From the NCBI GenBank assembly GCA_965223435.1, contig CBDCWQ010000020.1, forward strand, positions 661,357-725,356: DNA of 64,000 nucleotides. Direction: 5' to 3'. The stretch comes from Myxococcota bacterium (GTDB lineage: Bacteria; Myxococcota; Kuafuiibacteriia; Kuafuiibacteriales; Kuafuiibacteriaceae). The notes beneath the pieces are model-generated. The model was not told the origin of the DNA. It saw only the letters and a list, made by a program, of their open reading frames with translations, and did not search any database. Shown here one piece after another: positions 8,790-18,627 of the stretch (positions are counted from its first letter, which is position 1; each line of letters begins with the position of its first letter). Both the position numbers and the translations under genes were made by a program.

Positions 8790-9980
8790 ATGATCTCTGA
8801 AAGCTTGATGATGTTTGCGGCATCGGTATGTCTCGCAGCCACGCCACCGACAATGGCTCCCAAGGCTCAAGAGTACGCGTTTGCCAGCGAGCACGGAGGT
8901 GATGCCAGCGCTGTTCCCTCCGCTTCCCAACCTCAGCACTGGTATCAGAAGCTGAGTGTGACTGCTTTTGCCGACGCGTATGCGAATTATAACTTCAATT
9001 TTCCTAACCCAAGTGCGGGTGCCCACAACAGCCTCAGGGCTTTTGATCTGACCAATGGCTTTGCGATTCACTGGGGTGGGCTCGACATCAGCTACGACGG
9101 TGGCACCATCGGTGTGGCGTTGAGTCTTCGTTTTGGCCCCGGTGCTCAGGCGTACGGAATTGGCATTCCGGATAATGTTGGCGGAGGCTTTGGCCAAGCG
9201 AGCCTCGAGGTCGCCAAGCAGGCCTATGTGACCTGGAAACCCTCTGACACCGTCTCCATCGATTTTGGCAAGTTTGACACGATTTACGGGGCTGAAGTTG
9301 CCGAGACGCAAAACAACTTCAACTACACTGCGGGCATTGTATTCAACAATTTGCAGCCCTTTTTCCACACCGGTTTTCGGGTCAACGTCACCCTGAGTGA
9401 GCAGGCAGGTCTGACCTTTCTTTTGGTCAACGGAGTCGACAGTGTCATCGACAACAACACGGGGAAGAGCGTGGGCGCGCAGTTCTCACTTGCGAGTGGT
9501 CCCTTTGAGCTCTATGTAGGTGGACTCATTGGCCCTGAGGTTGATGACGTCGTTGGCGGCGTAGCCGTCGACGATATCAACGACAAGTTTGAGATCCTCT
9601 TGGATGTTGTCGTGAAGTATGCTGCCTCGGAGGCTTTGCAGTTTGTGGTCAACGGAGACTTTTTGACTTCCACGAGGGACAATACGGAGGAGCAATGGGG
9701 TGTCATGGCTGCAGGCCGATTCGGTGTCAATGAGAATGTTGGGGTGGCCGTCCGGGGCGAGGTGGCTCGGGGGCTTCTGACCGCGGGGGGAGCCCTCGGG
9801 ACGGTGATGAGTGGCACGGTGACCCTCGACTATCAGCCGGTCCCTGGCCAAATCTTCATCCGTCTTGAGCCTCGTATCGATGTGGCGACCGGAGACAATA
9901 AGGATATGTTTCCTACGGATGACGGCGCGACAAGCACGGCGTTCACGACCACGTTGGGCATGGTTGTGACGACAAACTGA
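8790..9980 (+). CDS. Putative outer-membrane beta-barrel porin
   Basis: 396 aa with an N-terminal signal-like segment. Alternating amphipathic strands are rich in aromatic and Gly residues (YANYNFNF, DISYDGGTIGVALSLRFG). A strong RBS AGGAAAGGG lies upstream of the ATG. Confidence 0.45.
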   Translation: MISESLMMFAASVCLAATPPTMAPKAQEYAFASEHGGDASAVPSASQPQHWYQKLSVTAFADAYANYNFNFPNPSAGAHNSLRAFDLTNGFAIHWGGLDISYDGGTIGVALSLRFGPGAQAYGIGIPDNVGGGFGQASLEVAKQAYVTWKPSDTVSIDFGKFDTIYGAEVAETQNNFNYTAGIVFNNLQPFFHTGFRVNVTLSEQAGLTFLLVNGVDSVIDNNTGKSVGAQFSLASGPFELYVGGLIGPEVDDVVGGVAVDDINDKFEILLDVVVKYAASEALQFVVNGDFLTSTRDNTEEQWGVMAAGRFGVNENVGVAVRGEVARGLLTAGGALGTVMSGTVTLDYQPVPGQIFIRLEPRIDVATGDNKDMFPTDDGATSTAFTTTLGMVVTTN

Positions 9981-10054
9981 GATTGCGCGGAGCATACCGC
10001 GATACCCCACGCCCAGGGGCCAGTTGTTGCCGCCGGTTTGCAAGGCGCCAACAA

Positions 10055-12664
10055 TCAGCGAGCGGCAGATGCTTGGCCGGCCTTTTGGATGTCCCTCGAG
10101 ATTTTCGACGCCGCGCGGGCAAATTTCTCGCAGGCCTCGGGGGACATCTTAGGCTTGATCGTCGCCGAGAGGCTGAGCACGCGATCTTCCAGAGCCTGAA
10201 GTTGATCCAGAGGCACCTCTTTCGATTTTTCGGCCAGCTCGTGGGAGAGGCGTTTCGCGCGTTCAGAGACAAAACGCCGGTCTAGGGCGACCGTTCTCAG
10301 TTTGGGCTCTAGAGCGCCGAAGCTTTTGTGGAGCTTGGCGATGTGTTTCTCCTTTTTCGCCGTGTTCCAAGCCTCGTTCTCTTCGGTGAGCCCCGGTATG
10401 ATGTCGAGGTCAGCCAACGAGAGGCCTCGTTGCCGAGCGGCGGTTGCGAGCCGCGCTTTCAACTTGTCGGCTTCGACGCCAAAGCCGGTGATTTGAGGCT
10501 CCGGCTTCTTCTTTTCGACCATCTTGTTCACCTCGGCAGCAAACGGGTTTGGCCTGGTACCGTCCTTGTTCCCGCCGGTGTTCACCGGAACTTGGGGTGT
10601 AACCCCAGAAAAACCGTTCGGGGGTGGTGGCGCTGGTTTGTGATTGGGGTCTTGCTTTGGCGCTCCAGAAAGACCCGCGACCAGCGCGATGACCACCAAG
10701 ATGGCGATGGCAAGCAACGCCACGATGAGGCCCGGTTGAATATCTACGCCCCGAACCATCGTTGTTTCTTCTGGGGTGTCCCCTTGCGCCGGACTTTTGG
10801 GCGGAGGGAATGCCTCGCCGCTGGGCGTGGACTCTTGGGGGTCTGGGAGGGTCGTGTTTCGGTCAAGGCGCTCTCGCTTTTCCGTGGTCGCCTTGGGGGG
10901 CTTACCCACCGCCCCCAAAGCTGCGTCCTCACTTTTCAAGCTCGAAGATCGGTCCGTGCCGTTTTGAGGGGCGGCGGATTCGGCTGGCTCTTTGGTCTTG
11001 AGTGCGGCGCCATCGCTCGCCGAATCGAGGACCACCGTAGCGGTCACGTCGTCAGTCCCAGCATGGTGGCCCGTCGCCGCCGTGCCCGCGGACGGTTGGG
11101 TGCTCGGCATGGTTTTGGCAAAGACCACCGGACCAGCGACCGGCTTTTTGGGTACGGTGGTTGGGGTTCTGGGCGGTGGGCGGGACGGCCTGTCGTCCGC
11201 CCTGTTTGAGGGCACAGTAGGCCCACTTGATTGGGCCCGAAGGGGGTTTTTCGGATCGGCTCCAGCCAGAGAATCCCCTTCCATGGAGCGATCGAGAATG
11301 GGATCGATGCCAAGCACCTTGAGCCGTTTTGATACGTCGCGATGATTGGGATCGGTCCGGTACGCGGCTTGAAACCATTTTTTTGCTTTGTTTGCTTTTT
11401 GGCAATGCTCGTAAGCCAGGCCGATTTCAAACTTTAGGTTGGCAGCGGCGCGCCCGGAGGCGCCTTGCTCCAAGGCCTTTTTGAAATAGTGGATCGCGTT
11501 GGTCCACTCCTTCTTGTCCATATAACATTGGCCGATTTGTTCTAGAGCATCGACCGATCGAGAGCTGGCCAGTGCAGCGGCTTTGAATTCGCGAATCGCC
11601 TCATCAAAGCGTTCCAGTTGCCTGAGCGCGATGCCTAGATCGAAGCGATCTCGTGCGCTGGGGCCCCGAGGCATGCTGGGCGTGTCGGGCGACAAAGCGT
11701 TGCTCTTGAGTTTTTTGCTCGAGCGAAGCGGTGGAACTTTAACCTTGGGGATGGATAGGGACTTGATGCGTTCGATGACGGCTGCTGCGGTTTGCGGTCG
11801 GCTTTTGGGGCTCTTCTCCAAAAGACCCATGGCCAGCGTGTCGAGACCAAAAGCGGACTTGGGTGCCGGTGGAATCGCGGTCAAATGCTTCTGTTGAATT
11901 TCGACGACACGTTTGGCCCGAAATGGGGGGCGTCCTTCCAGCATTTCGTAGAGTATGACGCCCAATGAGTAGAGGTCGGCGAGTTCGTCCACTCTCTCCC
12001 CCGTGATCTGTTCCGGTGCCATGTACGTGGGGGTTCCCACAAACTGCCCAGTCTTGGTGAGCCAGGCTTCTTCATGTTCGGGGCTTGCGGCGCGGACCAG
12101 GCCGAAATCAAGGATCTTGACCTTGTCGCCTTTGGGGTCCTCGGTGACCATCACGTTGCTTGGCTTGAGGTCGCGGTGGACAAATCCTTGACCGTGGGCT
12201 TCCCGAAGACCTTCCGCGATCTGGCGTACGATATGGGCACTACGGTATGGGCCGAGGGGGCCCGTCTTGCGCACGATCCAGCGGAGTGTTCGTCCTTCTA
12301 CGAGTTCCATCGTGAGGAAGGTGAGCCCGGTGGGTGTAGACCCGAAATCAACCACCGAAACGATGTTCGGGTGGTTCATCTTACTCATGGCGTGTGCTTC
12401 ACGTCGGAAGCGCTCCGCCAAGATTTGGTTCGACGCGACTTCGCCAAAAAGAACTTTGATGGCGTAGTCGCGGTCGAGAACTTGGTGGCGAGCCCGATAC
12501 ACCCGAGCCATGGCGCCGTCGCCCAGATGACCGATGACATTATACCGATCGACCTCGGTGCCGATGAGCGGATCGGTGTTGAAGACCCGAAGCCTTGTGC
12601 CATCAATTCCACAAAATTCTACTTTTGTGGCGTACGGTGTCAGGCACCGTGGGCAGCTTCGCAT
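10055..12664 (-). CDS. Ser/Thr protein kinase with N-terminal zinc-ribbon-like motif, TPR repeats, one TM helix and extracytoplasmic C-terminal domain
   Basis: Hanks kinase motifs are present: HRDLKPSNVMV, DFG, APE. TPR repeats follow the kinase domain, and a TM segment LIVALLAIAILVVIALVAG follows a Pro-rich linker. The ORF track extends to a GTG at 12844, but the internal ATG (MRSCPRCL) is preferred. Confidence 0.85.
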   Translation of the reverse strand: MRSCPRCLTPYATKVEFCGIDGTRLRVFNTDPLIGTEVDRYNVIGHLGDGAMARVYRARHQVLDRDYAIKVLFGEVASNQILAERFRREAHAMSKMNHPNIVSVVDFGSTPTGLTFLTMELVEGRTLRWIVRKTGPLGPYRSAHIVRQIAEGLREAHGQGFVHRDLKPSNVMVTEDPKGDKVKILDFGLVRAASPEHEEAWLTKTGQFVGTPTYMAPEQITGERVDELADLYSLGVILYEMLEGRPPFRAKRVVEIQQKHLTAIPPAPKSAFGLDTLAMGLLEKSPKSRPQTAAAVIERIKSLSIPKVKVPPLRSSKKLKSNALSPDTPSMPRGPSARDRFDLGIALRQLERFDEAIREFKAAALASSRSVDALEQIGQCYMDKKEWTNAIHYFKKALEQGASGRAAANLKFEIGLAYEHCQKANKAKKWFQAAYRTDPNHRDVSKRLKVLGIDPILDRSMEGDSLAGADPKNPLRAQSSGPTVPSNRADDRPSRPPPRTPTTVPKKPVAGPVVFAKTMPSTQPSAGTAATGHHAGTDDVTATVVLDSASDGAALKTKEPAESAAPQNGTDRSSSLKSEDAALGAVGKPPKATTEKRERLDRNTTLPDPQESTPSGEAFPPPKSPAQGDTPEETTMVRGVDIQPGLIVALLAIAILVVIALVAGLSGAPKQDPNHKPAPPPPNGFSGVTPQVPVNTGGNKDGTRPNPFAAEVNKMVEKKKPEPQITGFGVEADKLKARLATAARQRGLSLADLDIIPGLTEENEAWNTAKKEKHIAKLHKSFGALEPKLRTVALDRRFVSERAKRLSHELAEKSKEVPLDQLQALEDRVLSLSATIKPKMSPEACEKFARAASKISRDIQKAGQASAAR

Positions 12665-12991
12665 GACCCGTTTTCCAACGGGGCTCTTTTGCCGGGGTCT
12701 CGCCAGGATGCTGCTAACGTTAGCCTGGCTAAGTCCTTGTTTCAACTGAACGAAAACATCGTCGGTGGACCCGTAGGGGGCATCGTGGGGAGGGGTCTTG
12801 AAGCCGGAAACGATGTGGGTCGGAGCAAAGACCGCATTTTGCACAAACCCATGCCAAAACGGGCCGCATCACGCCTCACCGTTGTGTCTTGGACGTCTTG
12901 TTCCTCGTTTTGGCAGCGGTCCCTCGGCCGTACAAAGAATGTACGTTGTCAGAGGAGACGGGACGAGAAGTAGGGCAATATCGCCTTACAC

Positions 12992-15304
12992 CTACACTTT
13001 GGCGGTTGCGGCGGTAGAACCGTGTTCATCCGGTTTGTCGGTCTCGGAGAATCGCATGTTGAGCTTTTGCTCATCTTTGGGGCCGATGACGTCAATGTCG
13101 ACGTGACCTCCGTTCTTGAGTTCTCCAAAAAGGATGGCATCGGCGAGCGGGCGTTTGATCTCGTTTTGGATCAAACGATCCATGGGGCGGGCTCCGTACT
13201 GTTCTGAATATCCTCTCTTGGCCAGCCAAGAACGGGCACTTTTGCTGAGATCTATGGTGACCTTCTTGGCCGCCAGCTGCACATCAAGGGCGTTGATGAA
13301 TTTGTCGACAACCATCAGCACCACTTTTTCGGGCAAGTGCTCAAAGTTGATGATGGCGTCGAGTCGATTGCGAAACTCCGGAGAGAAAGTCCGTTCGAGG
13401 GCCTTGTTCGGGTCGCCTATTTGGCCGGATCGCGAGAACCCTATTTTGTTTGCGGTCAGCTCTCTTGCTCCGGCGTTGGTTGTCATGATGAGCGCGACGT
13501 TCCGAAAGTCGGCCTTGCGCCCGTTGTTGTCGGTGAGCGTGGCATGATCCATCACTTGCAGAAGAATATTATAGATATCCGGGTGCGCTTTTTCGATTTC
13601 ATCGAGGAGAAGGACACAATGGGGTGTTTTGCGAACCGCGTCGGTAAGCAGCCCGCCCTGGTCGAAGCCCACGTAGCCTGGCGGGGCTCCAATGAGGCGC
13701 GAGACGGTGTGCTTTTCCATGTACTCGGACATGTCAAAGCGAAGAAATTCTACACCCAGCACGCGGGCCAATTGTTTGGCGAGCTCCGTTTTGCCCACCC
13801 CGGTTGGGCCCGCAAAAAGGAACGAGCCGACGGGTTTTTGTGGGCTGCCGAGCCCCGAGCGGCTGAGCTTGATGGCCTCCGCGACTTTTTCTACGGCCTT
13901 GTCTTGCCCGAAGATCACCAAGCGGAGCTCTTTTTCGAGGTTAAACAAAGCGTTGCGATCGTCGGCGGAGACACTTCTGGGCGGAATTCGCGCCATCTTT
14001 GCAATGACTTTTTCGATGTCCGAAGGGCGAATCTTCTTTTTGCGCTTTTGGGTGGGCACCAGGTGCTGTGCTGCGCCCGCCTCATCGATAACGTCGATGG
14101 CTTTGTCTGGAAGGAAGCGCTCGTTGATGTGCTTGGCCGCCAGTTCGGCGGCTACCCGAAGGGCCGATGTGGTGTACTGGACTTTGTGGTGATCCTCATA
14201 GTGAGACTTGAGGCCTTTGAGGATCTCGATGGTTTCGCTGACGCTCGGCTCGTCGACCTGGATTTTCTGAAAGCGGCGGGCGAGCGCATGGTCTTTTTCG
14301 ATGGAGGCTTTGTAGTCCTGATGGGTGGTTGAACCCATGCACCTCAGTTGCCCCGACTGGAGCGCGGGCTTGATCAGGTTGGCGGCATCCAGGGAGCCAT
14401 CTTGAGTCGAGCCCGCCCCAACAACCGTGTGGATTTCATCGATGAACAAGATGGCGCCTGGGATCTCTTTCAGTTCATTGAGAACGCCCTTGAGGCGTTC
14501 CTCGAAATCGCCGCGGAACTTTGTTCCCGCGAGCAGGGACCCCATGTCCAACGAGAAGATGGTGGCCTCCTCGAGGGCCTCAGGGACCTCCTTTTGGTGG
14601 ATGCGAAGGGCAAGGCCCTCCGCAAGGGCGGTTTTTCCGACGCCCGGGTCTCCAACGTAGATGGGGTTGTTTTTGCGCCGTCGGCAGAGGACTTGCATGG
14701 TGCGCTCAAGTTCTCGGTTTCTGCCGATCAGCGGATCGATGCGCCCTGCGGCAGCCTCACTGTTGAGGTCGCTTGCGTAGGCTTCCAAAGGGTTTTTTTG
14801 GGGCTTTTCTTCGCCCTGGGGGCCGACGGCAGGCGCCTTGTCTTCAAATCCGTGATCGCCTGGCTGAGGGCTTTTTGCGATGCCGTGCGATATGTATCGG
14901 ATCACGTCCAGTCGGGTGATGCCCTGTTTTTCGAGAAGGTAGACTGCGTATGAGTCTCGCTCACGGTAGAAGGCGACCAGAAGGTTGCTGGAGTCCATCT
15001 CGTTTTTTCCCGACGAGTGCACGTGCATGACTGCGCGCTGAAACACGCGCTGAAATGCGACGGTCTGCTGGGGGTCTTGATGCACGCCCTCCGGCAGGGG
15101 TTTCATGTCGGTTTCAAAAAAACGTTCGAGTCCAGCCTTGAAGGATTCGATGTTGCCCCCGCATGCCTTGAGAATACGCTGCCCGCTTTCGTCGTTTAAA
15201 AGGGCAAACAGCACGTGCTCTAAGGTGACAAATTCATGCCGCCGCTCAGATGCGTCGTTGAAGGCCAGGGCCAGGGTGTCTTTGAGCGCTTGCGTATATT
15301 CCAT
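12992..15304 (-). CDS. clpA: ATP-dependent Clp protease ATP-binding subunit ClpA
   Basis: 770 aa with a ClpA N-domain and two AAA+ modules. The Walker A motifs are GDPGVGKTA and GPTGVGKTE. It lies immediately downstream of clpS. Confidence 0.92.
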   Translation of the reverse strand: MEYTQALKDTLALAFNDASERRHEFVTLEHVLFALLNDESGQRILKACGGNIESFKAGLERFFETDMKPLPEGVHQDPQQTVAFQRVFQRAVMHVHSSGKNEMDSSNLLVAFYRERDSYAVYLLEKQGITRLDVIRYISHGIAKSPQPGDHGFEDKAPAVGPQGEEKPQKNPLEAYASDLNSEAAAGRIDPLIGRNRELERTMQVLCRRRKNNPIYVGDPGVGKTALAEGLALRIHQKEVPEALEEATIFSLDMGSLLAGTKFRGDFEERLKGVLNELKEIPGAILFIDEIHTVVGAGSTQDGSLDAANLIKPALQSGQLRCMGSTTHQDYKASIEKDHALARRFQKIQVDEPSVSETIEILKGLKSHYEDHHKVQYTTSALRVAAELAAKHINERFLPDKAIDVIDEAGAAQHLVPTQKRKKKIRPSDIEKVIAKMARIPPRSVSADDRNALFNLEKELRLVIFGQDKAVEKVAEAIKLSRSGLGSPQKPVGSFLFAGPTGVGKTELAKQLARVLGVEFLRFDMSEYMEKHTVSRLIGAPPGYVGFDQGGLLTDAVRKTPHCVLLLDEIEKAHPDIYNILLQVMDHATLTDNNGRKADFRNVALIMTTNAGARELTANKIGFSRSGQIGDPNKALERTFSPEFRNRLDAIINFEHLPEKVVLMVVDKFINALDVQLAAKKVTIDLSKSARSWLAKRGYSEQYGARPMDRLIQNEIKRPLADAILFGELKNGGHVDIDVIGPKDEQKLNMRFSETDKPDEHGSTAATAKV

Positions 15305-15306
15305 CG

Positions 15307-15618
15307 CTATTCTGGTTCCACGGTGACTTCGAGGGGAAAGTCGTTCTTGCGGGCCAGCTCGACGGTTTGGGCCACTTTGGTTTCAGCCACTTCCCGGGTA
15401 AAGACGCCGGCGACGCCTCTCCCCGATGTGTGCACATGCATCATGATCTTGTAAGCGCTGGCCTCGTCGTGATGGAACACACCCATCAGCAACGACACGA
15501 CAAATTCCATGGTGGTGTAGTCGTCGTTGTGGAAGAGGACACGGTACATCGGAGGTTTTTGGGTTGTTTCCTCCGACCGGACTACGGTTTCTGTATTGCC
15601 ATCCGTTTTTGTTGCCAT
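15307..15618 (-). CDS. clpS: ATP-dependent Clp protease adaptor ClpS
   Basis: 103 aa. The YRVLFHNDDYTTMEFVV core is typical of ClpS. It sits 2 nt upstream of clpA. Confidence 0.9.
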   Translation of the reverse strand: MATKTDGNTETVVRSEETTQKPPMYRVLFHNDDYTTMEFVVSLLMGVFHHDEASAYKIMMHVHTSGRGVAGVFTREVAETKVAQTVELARKNDFPLEVTVEPE

Positions 15619-15790
15619 GCGGTTCCTCGTTCAGCTGGCGACTGCACTTCATGGGAGTCACGCCCACCGAAGCGTCAAGCGCCTTCTGAATACCTTATGC
15701 TCACTGGGTATCTTACCTCGTTTCGTATCGGGTCTGGGCGCTTTGTCCTCACGAAGTCGCTGGCCGCAATCCCAAGAGAACATTAGGGGA

Positions 15791-16852
15791 CTACCCTGTG
15801 CCTGGCCCCGTGCCGGTGGCTTGCCTCACCCGCGCGAGCACCCCCTCGGCGACGGCACGGGCCCGGTCTTTCCCCTCAGCGAGCAGACGATCCAGGTAAC
15901 CCTTGTCTGCCATGAGCCGATCGTATTCCTTCCGTGGCTCCTCGAATTGAGACTTGAGCACTTCCAGCAAGCGCTTTTTCGCGTGCCCCCACCCAAAATA
16001 GTTCTCAGAGGCGCTCTCGAACGCAGTGTCCGGCTTTTTCGGATCCTGTCGCCCGCTTTGGTAGGCTTGTTCGAGCGCTTGGTGCTGCTCGGGGGCCGCG
16101 AGGCAGCGGTATAACGCCATGATCGGATCATTTTTGGGCTCAAGAGGCTCACCAAAGGCTGTGGAGTCGGTTTTGATGGACATCACGGTGTTCTTGAGCG
16201 CCTTGTCCGAAACAAAGAGCTGGATGGTGTTGTCGTAGCTTTTCGACATTTTTCGACCGTCGGTCCCCGGAATGGTCATCACCGTGTCGTCTATTCTCGG
16301 CGTTGGGATTTTGAGGACGTCGCCATAGCGGTTGTTGAATCTGCGGGCTGCTTCCTGGGCGATCTCGAGGTGCTGCTTTTGGTCCCGGCCCACCGGTACC
16401 ACGTCGGCGTCAAAGAGCAATATGTCCGCCGCCATCAATACCGGGTAGGAATACAAACCATGGCTGATGTCTTCTTCTTTCAGGTCTTTGGCTTTGGCAT
16501 CTTTATAGGAATGGGCTCGGTTCAAAAGCCCCTTGGGGATCACGCATGACAGAGCCCACGCGAGGTTGGTGATTTCGGGAATGTCGCTTTGCCGATAGAA
16601 AACGACCCGCTCAGGGTCGAGCCCGAACGCGAGCCAGGCTGCAGCCACGGCGTAGGTTTGCTCTCGAAGGGCCTCGGGATCGGGCAAAATGGTCAGGGCG
16701 TGGAGATCCGCAATGAACAGAAAAGACTCGAATGTCCGGGTGAGTTCGATGGCGGGCTGGATCGCGCCCAGGTAGTTGCCGAGGTGGGGCACGCCGGTAG
16801 GCTTGATGCCGGTGAGGATGCGCCCGAGAACGTCGTCCGCCATGGCGGCCAT
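15791..16852 (-). CDS. trpS: Tryptophanyl-tRNA synthetase
   Basis: The class I motif GIKPTGVPHLGNYLGA is the TrpRS-type HIGH region, and KMSKS is present. The start is trimmed to an internal Met at MAAMADD, because the longer ORF would collide with the divergent grx gene. Confidence 0.82.
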   Translation of the reverse strand: MAAMADDVLGRILTGIKPTGVPHLGNYLGAIQPAIELTRTFESFLFIADLHALTILPDPEALREQTYAVAAAWLAFGLDPERVVFYRQSDIPEITNLAWALSCVIPKGLLNRAHSYKDAKAKDLKEEDISHGLYSYPVLMAADILLFDADVVPVGRDQKQHLEIAQEAARRFNNRYGDVLKIPTPRIDDTVMTIPGTDGRKMSKSYDNTIQLFVSDKALKNTVMSIKTDSTAFGEPLEPKNDPIMALYRCLAAPEQHQALEQAYQSGRQDPKKPDTAFESASENYFGWGHAKKRLLEVLKSQFEEPRKEYDRLMADKGYLDRLLAEGKDRARAVAEGVLARVRQATGTGPGTG

Positions 16853-16929
16853 GGTGGGGCGAAACGGTTCTTGAGTCCAGCCGCTTGGCAAACATTGACA
16901 AGTGCGACCGCCTTGGGGATCCATAGGGG

Positions 16930-17262
16930 ATGTCTGAAGCAGATCTGGCGTTAGAGATTCGGGAGAAGATTCAAAAGGTTCTCGAGTCCCACGATACCGT
17001 TCTTTACATGAAGGGTCAGCCGGCACTTCCCCAGTGTGGCTTTTCCGCGCAAGTGGTGCAGATTCTTCGCCACTTCGATGTTCCGTTTCACGCCGTGAAT
17101 GTCCTCGCCGACCAAGACGTTCGAGAGGGTATCAAGGCCTACAACAACTGGCCCACTATTCCCCAGCTGTTCCACAAAGGAAAGTTCGTCGGAGGATGCG
17201 ATATCGTCACCGAAATGGCTCAGTCCGGTGAGCTCGGGGCGGTCCTCGGCGTGGCCGACTAA
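16930..17262 (+). CDS. grxD: Grx4-family monothiol glutaredoxin
   Basis: 110 aa. The CGFS active site is present (PQCGFSAQVV), with the conserved WPTIPQLF and GGCDIV motifs. Confidence 0.88.
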   Translation: MSEADLALEIREKIQKVLESHDTVLYMKGQPALPQCGFSAQVVQILRHFDVPFHAVNVLADQDVREGIKAYNNWPTIPQLFHKGKFVGGCDIVTEMAQSGELGAVLGVAD

Positions 17263-17340
17263 GAGACGGGGCACCGGGGATGATGGGAGCACCGGGGACA
17301 GGCACCCCATCTCAAGACGTGACGCTTTGTGCTTCCCCCT

Positions 17341-18513
17341 TCAGATGGGGTGCCTGTCCCCTCTCCCGCTCTGTGCTCCAAGCGCGGGAAGCGCACTTTC
17401 GAGTTTTTCGAGGCGCTTAAGTTCACTGTCAATCTCACGGGCAGGGTTGAACCAGAGCTCGTCGCTGTCTCTGTCTGTGCTTTCGAAGTTTTGCGCCCCT
17501 TCGTCGCTTGAAAGTGCGGCAGCGGTTCCCCGCCTTCTGGGTTCGACGGCCTTTCGGCGCCGGACACCGTGGTTTGCTTGCTGCCCTTGGTGTGTTTGGC
17601 GCCCCTGACGAAGGACTTCAAGCTCCTTCGGCCGAAGCGTGGGGAGCTGACTGGCGCCCTGGGCATTGTCGTAGTCGGAATCGGTGTAGTCTCGTTCGGT
17701 GGGAAGAAGCAAGCTGGTGGCGACCTGACGAACGATGTGCTCCGTGATGAGCGGCCTTTTTCGCAGAGCGCCTTCTAAGAGGGCATTGTCGCAAACCGTG
17801 TTGATCAGCCTCGGAACACCCTCGGAGGCGATGTAAACAGCCCGGATGGCTTCCGCCTCAATGATGGGGCCTTGGGCGCCGGCATGACGCAGTCGGTGTC
17901 GAATGTAAGCGTCGGTGGATACAAGATCAAACGGGCCGAGACGGATTCGCTGGGCGACCCGCTGGGCGAGCGGGGGATCGACCGAAAGATTTTGTTCTAT
18001 TTCGGGAAGTCCAAAGAACACAAAGGAAAGAAGTTTGTGTCCCGGAATCTCGAGGTTGAGAAGCCCCCGGAACTCTTCCATCAGGGTCTGAGTAGAGAGC
18101 ATCTGGGCTTCGTCGACAAGCACCACGGCCTTTTTTTGCGCGCGGTGAATCGCCAACAATCGCTCGAAGAGTTGGCTGAGAATTTGAAGCTTGTCCTTCG
18201 CAGGCTGTTCGACGCCAAGCTGCAAGGCGATGTGCCGAACCAGCCAGTCGGGCTGCACGTCTCGGTGGATGATCACCATCATGACCGCCTCGTAGGAATC
18301 GGTCGGGAGGCTTGCGATGAGGCGGCGGGCCAGTGTGGTTTTGCCCGTTCCGATTCCGCCGACCAGAACCGAGAGGCCCTTCATGGCGTCCAGGCCGTAG
18401 CGAAGTCTCACGAGCGCTTCGCTGTGCTGCGCGGCGTCGTAGTATGCTTGGTTGACAGGAGCGTTGGAAAACGGGTCCTTGTGGAGGCCATAGTAGGATA
18501 GGTAGTTCATGGG
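17341..18513 (-). CDS. ExeA/GspA/MshM-family AAA+ ATPase (PEP-CTERM-locus 'secretion ATPase'-like)
   Basis: It starts MNYLSYYGLHKDPFSNAPVNQAYYDAAQHSEAL...VGGIGTGKTTL. This matches the characteristic N-terminus and P-loop of the ExeA-like family. The C-terminus is extended and low-complexity. Confidence 0.7.
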   Translation of the reverse strand, partial: PMNYLSYYGLHKDPFSNAPVNQAYYDAAQHSEALVRLRYGLDAMKGLSVLVGGIGTGKTTLARRLIASLPTDSYEAVMMVIIHRDVQPDWLVRHIALQLGVEQPAKDKLQILSQLFERLLAIHRAQKKAVVLVDEAQMLSTQTLMEEFRGLLNLEIPGHKLLSFVFFGLPEIEQNLSVDPPLAQRVAQRIRLGPFDLVSTDAYIRHRLRHAGAQGPIIEAEAIRAVYIASEGVPRLINTVCDNALLEGALRKRPLITEHIVRQVATSLLLPTERDYTDSDYDNAQGASQLPTLRPKELEVLRQGRQTHQGQQANHGVRRRKAVEPRRRGTAAALSSDEGAQNFESTDRDSDELWFNPAREIDSELKRLEKLESALPALGAQSGRGDRHPI

Positions 18514-18627
18514 CTTGCTATCGGTAGTCCGCGTCCGGACCGGAGGTGTCAAGCCAAAGAGAAGGCGTTTTGGGAGGCAAGCACTTTTTGGCCCTCCGGC
18601 GACAGTCCGATTCACGCTGGGGCGGTA

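Noticed and set aside
8667-9368. 233-aa minus-strand ORF
   Set aside because: It overlaps the porin-like gene on the opposite strand and has no RBS or motifs. It is a shadow ORF.
9981-10054. Weak hairpin (CGCGG-agcata-CCGCG) between the convergent porin and kinase genes
   Set aside because: The stem is only 5 bp and there is no U-tract. It is too weak to call a terminator.
12665-12844. GTG-initiated 60-aa extension of the Ser/Thr kinase
   Set aside because: There is no RBS and the extension is not kinase- or domain-like. An internal ATG begins a plausible zinc-ribbon (MRSCPRC).
16853-17026. N-terminal 58-aa extension of the trpS ORF
   Set aside because: It would overlap the divergent Grx4 gene (16930-17262). 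TrpRS homologues are ~330 aa and begin near the internal Met.
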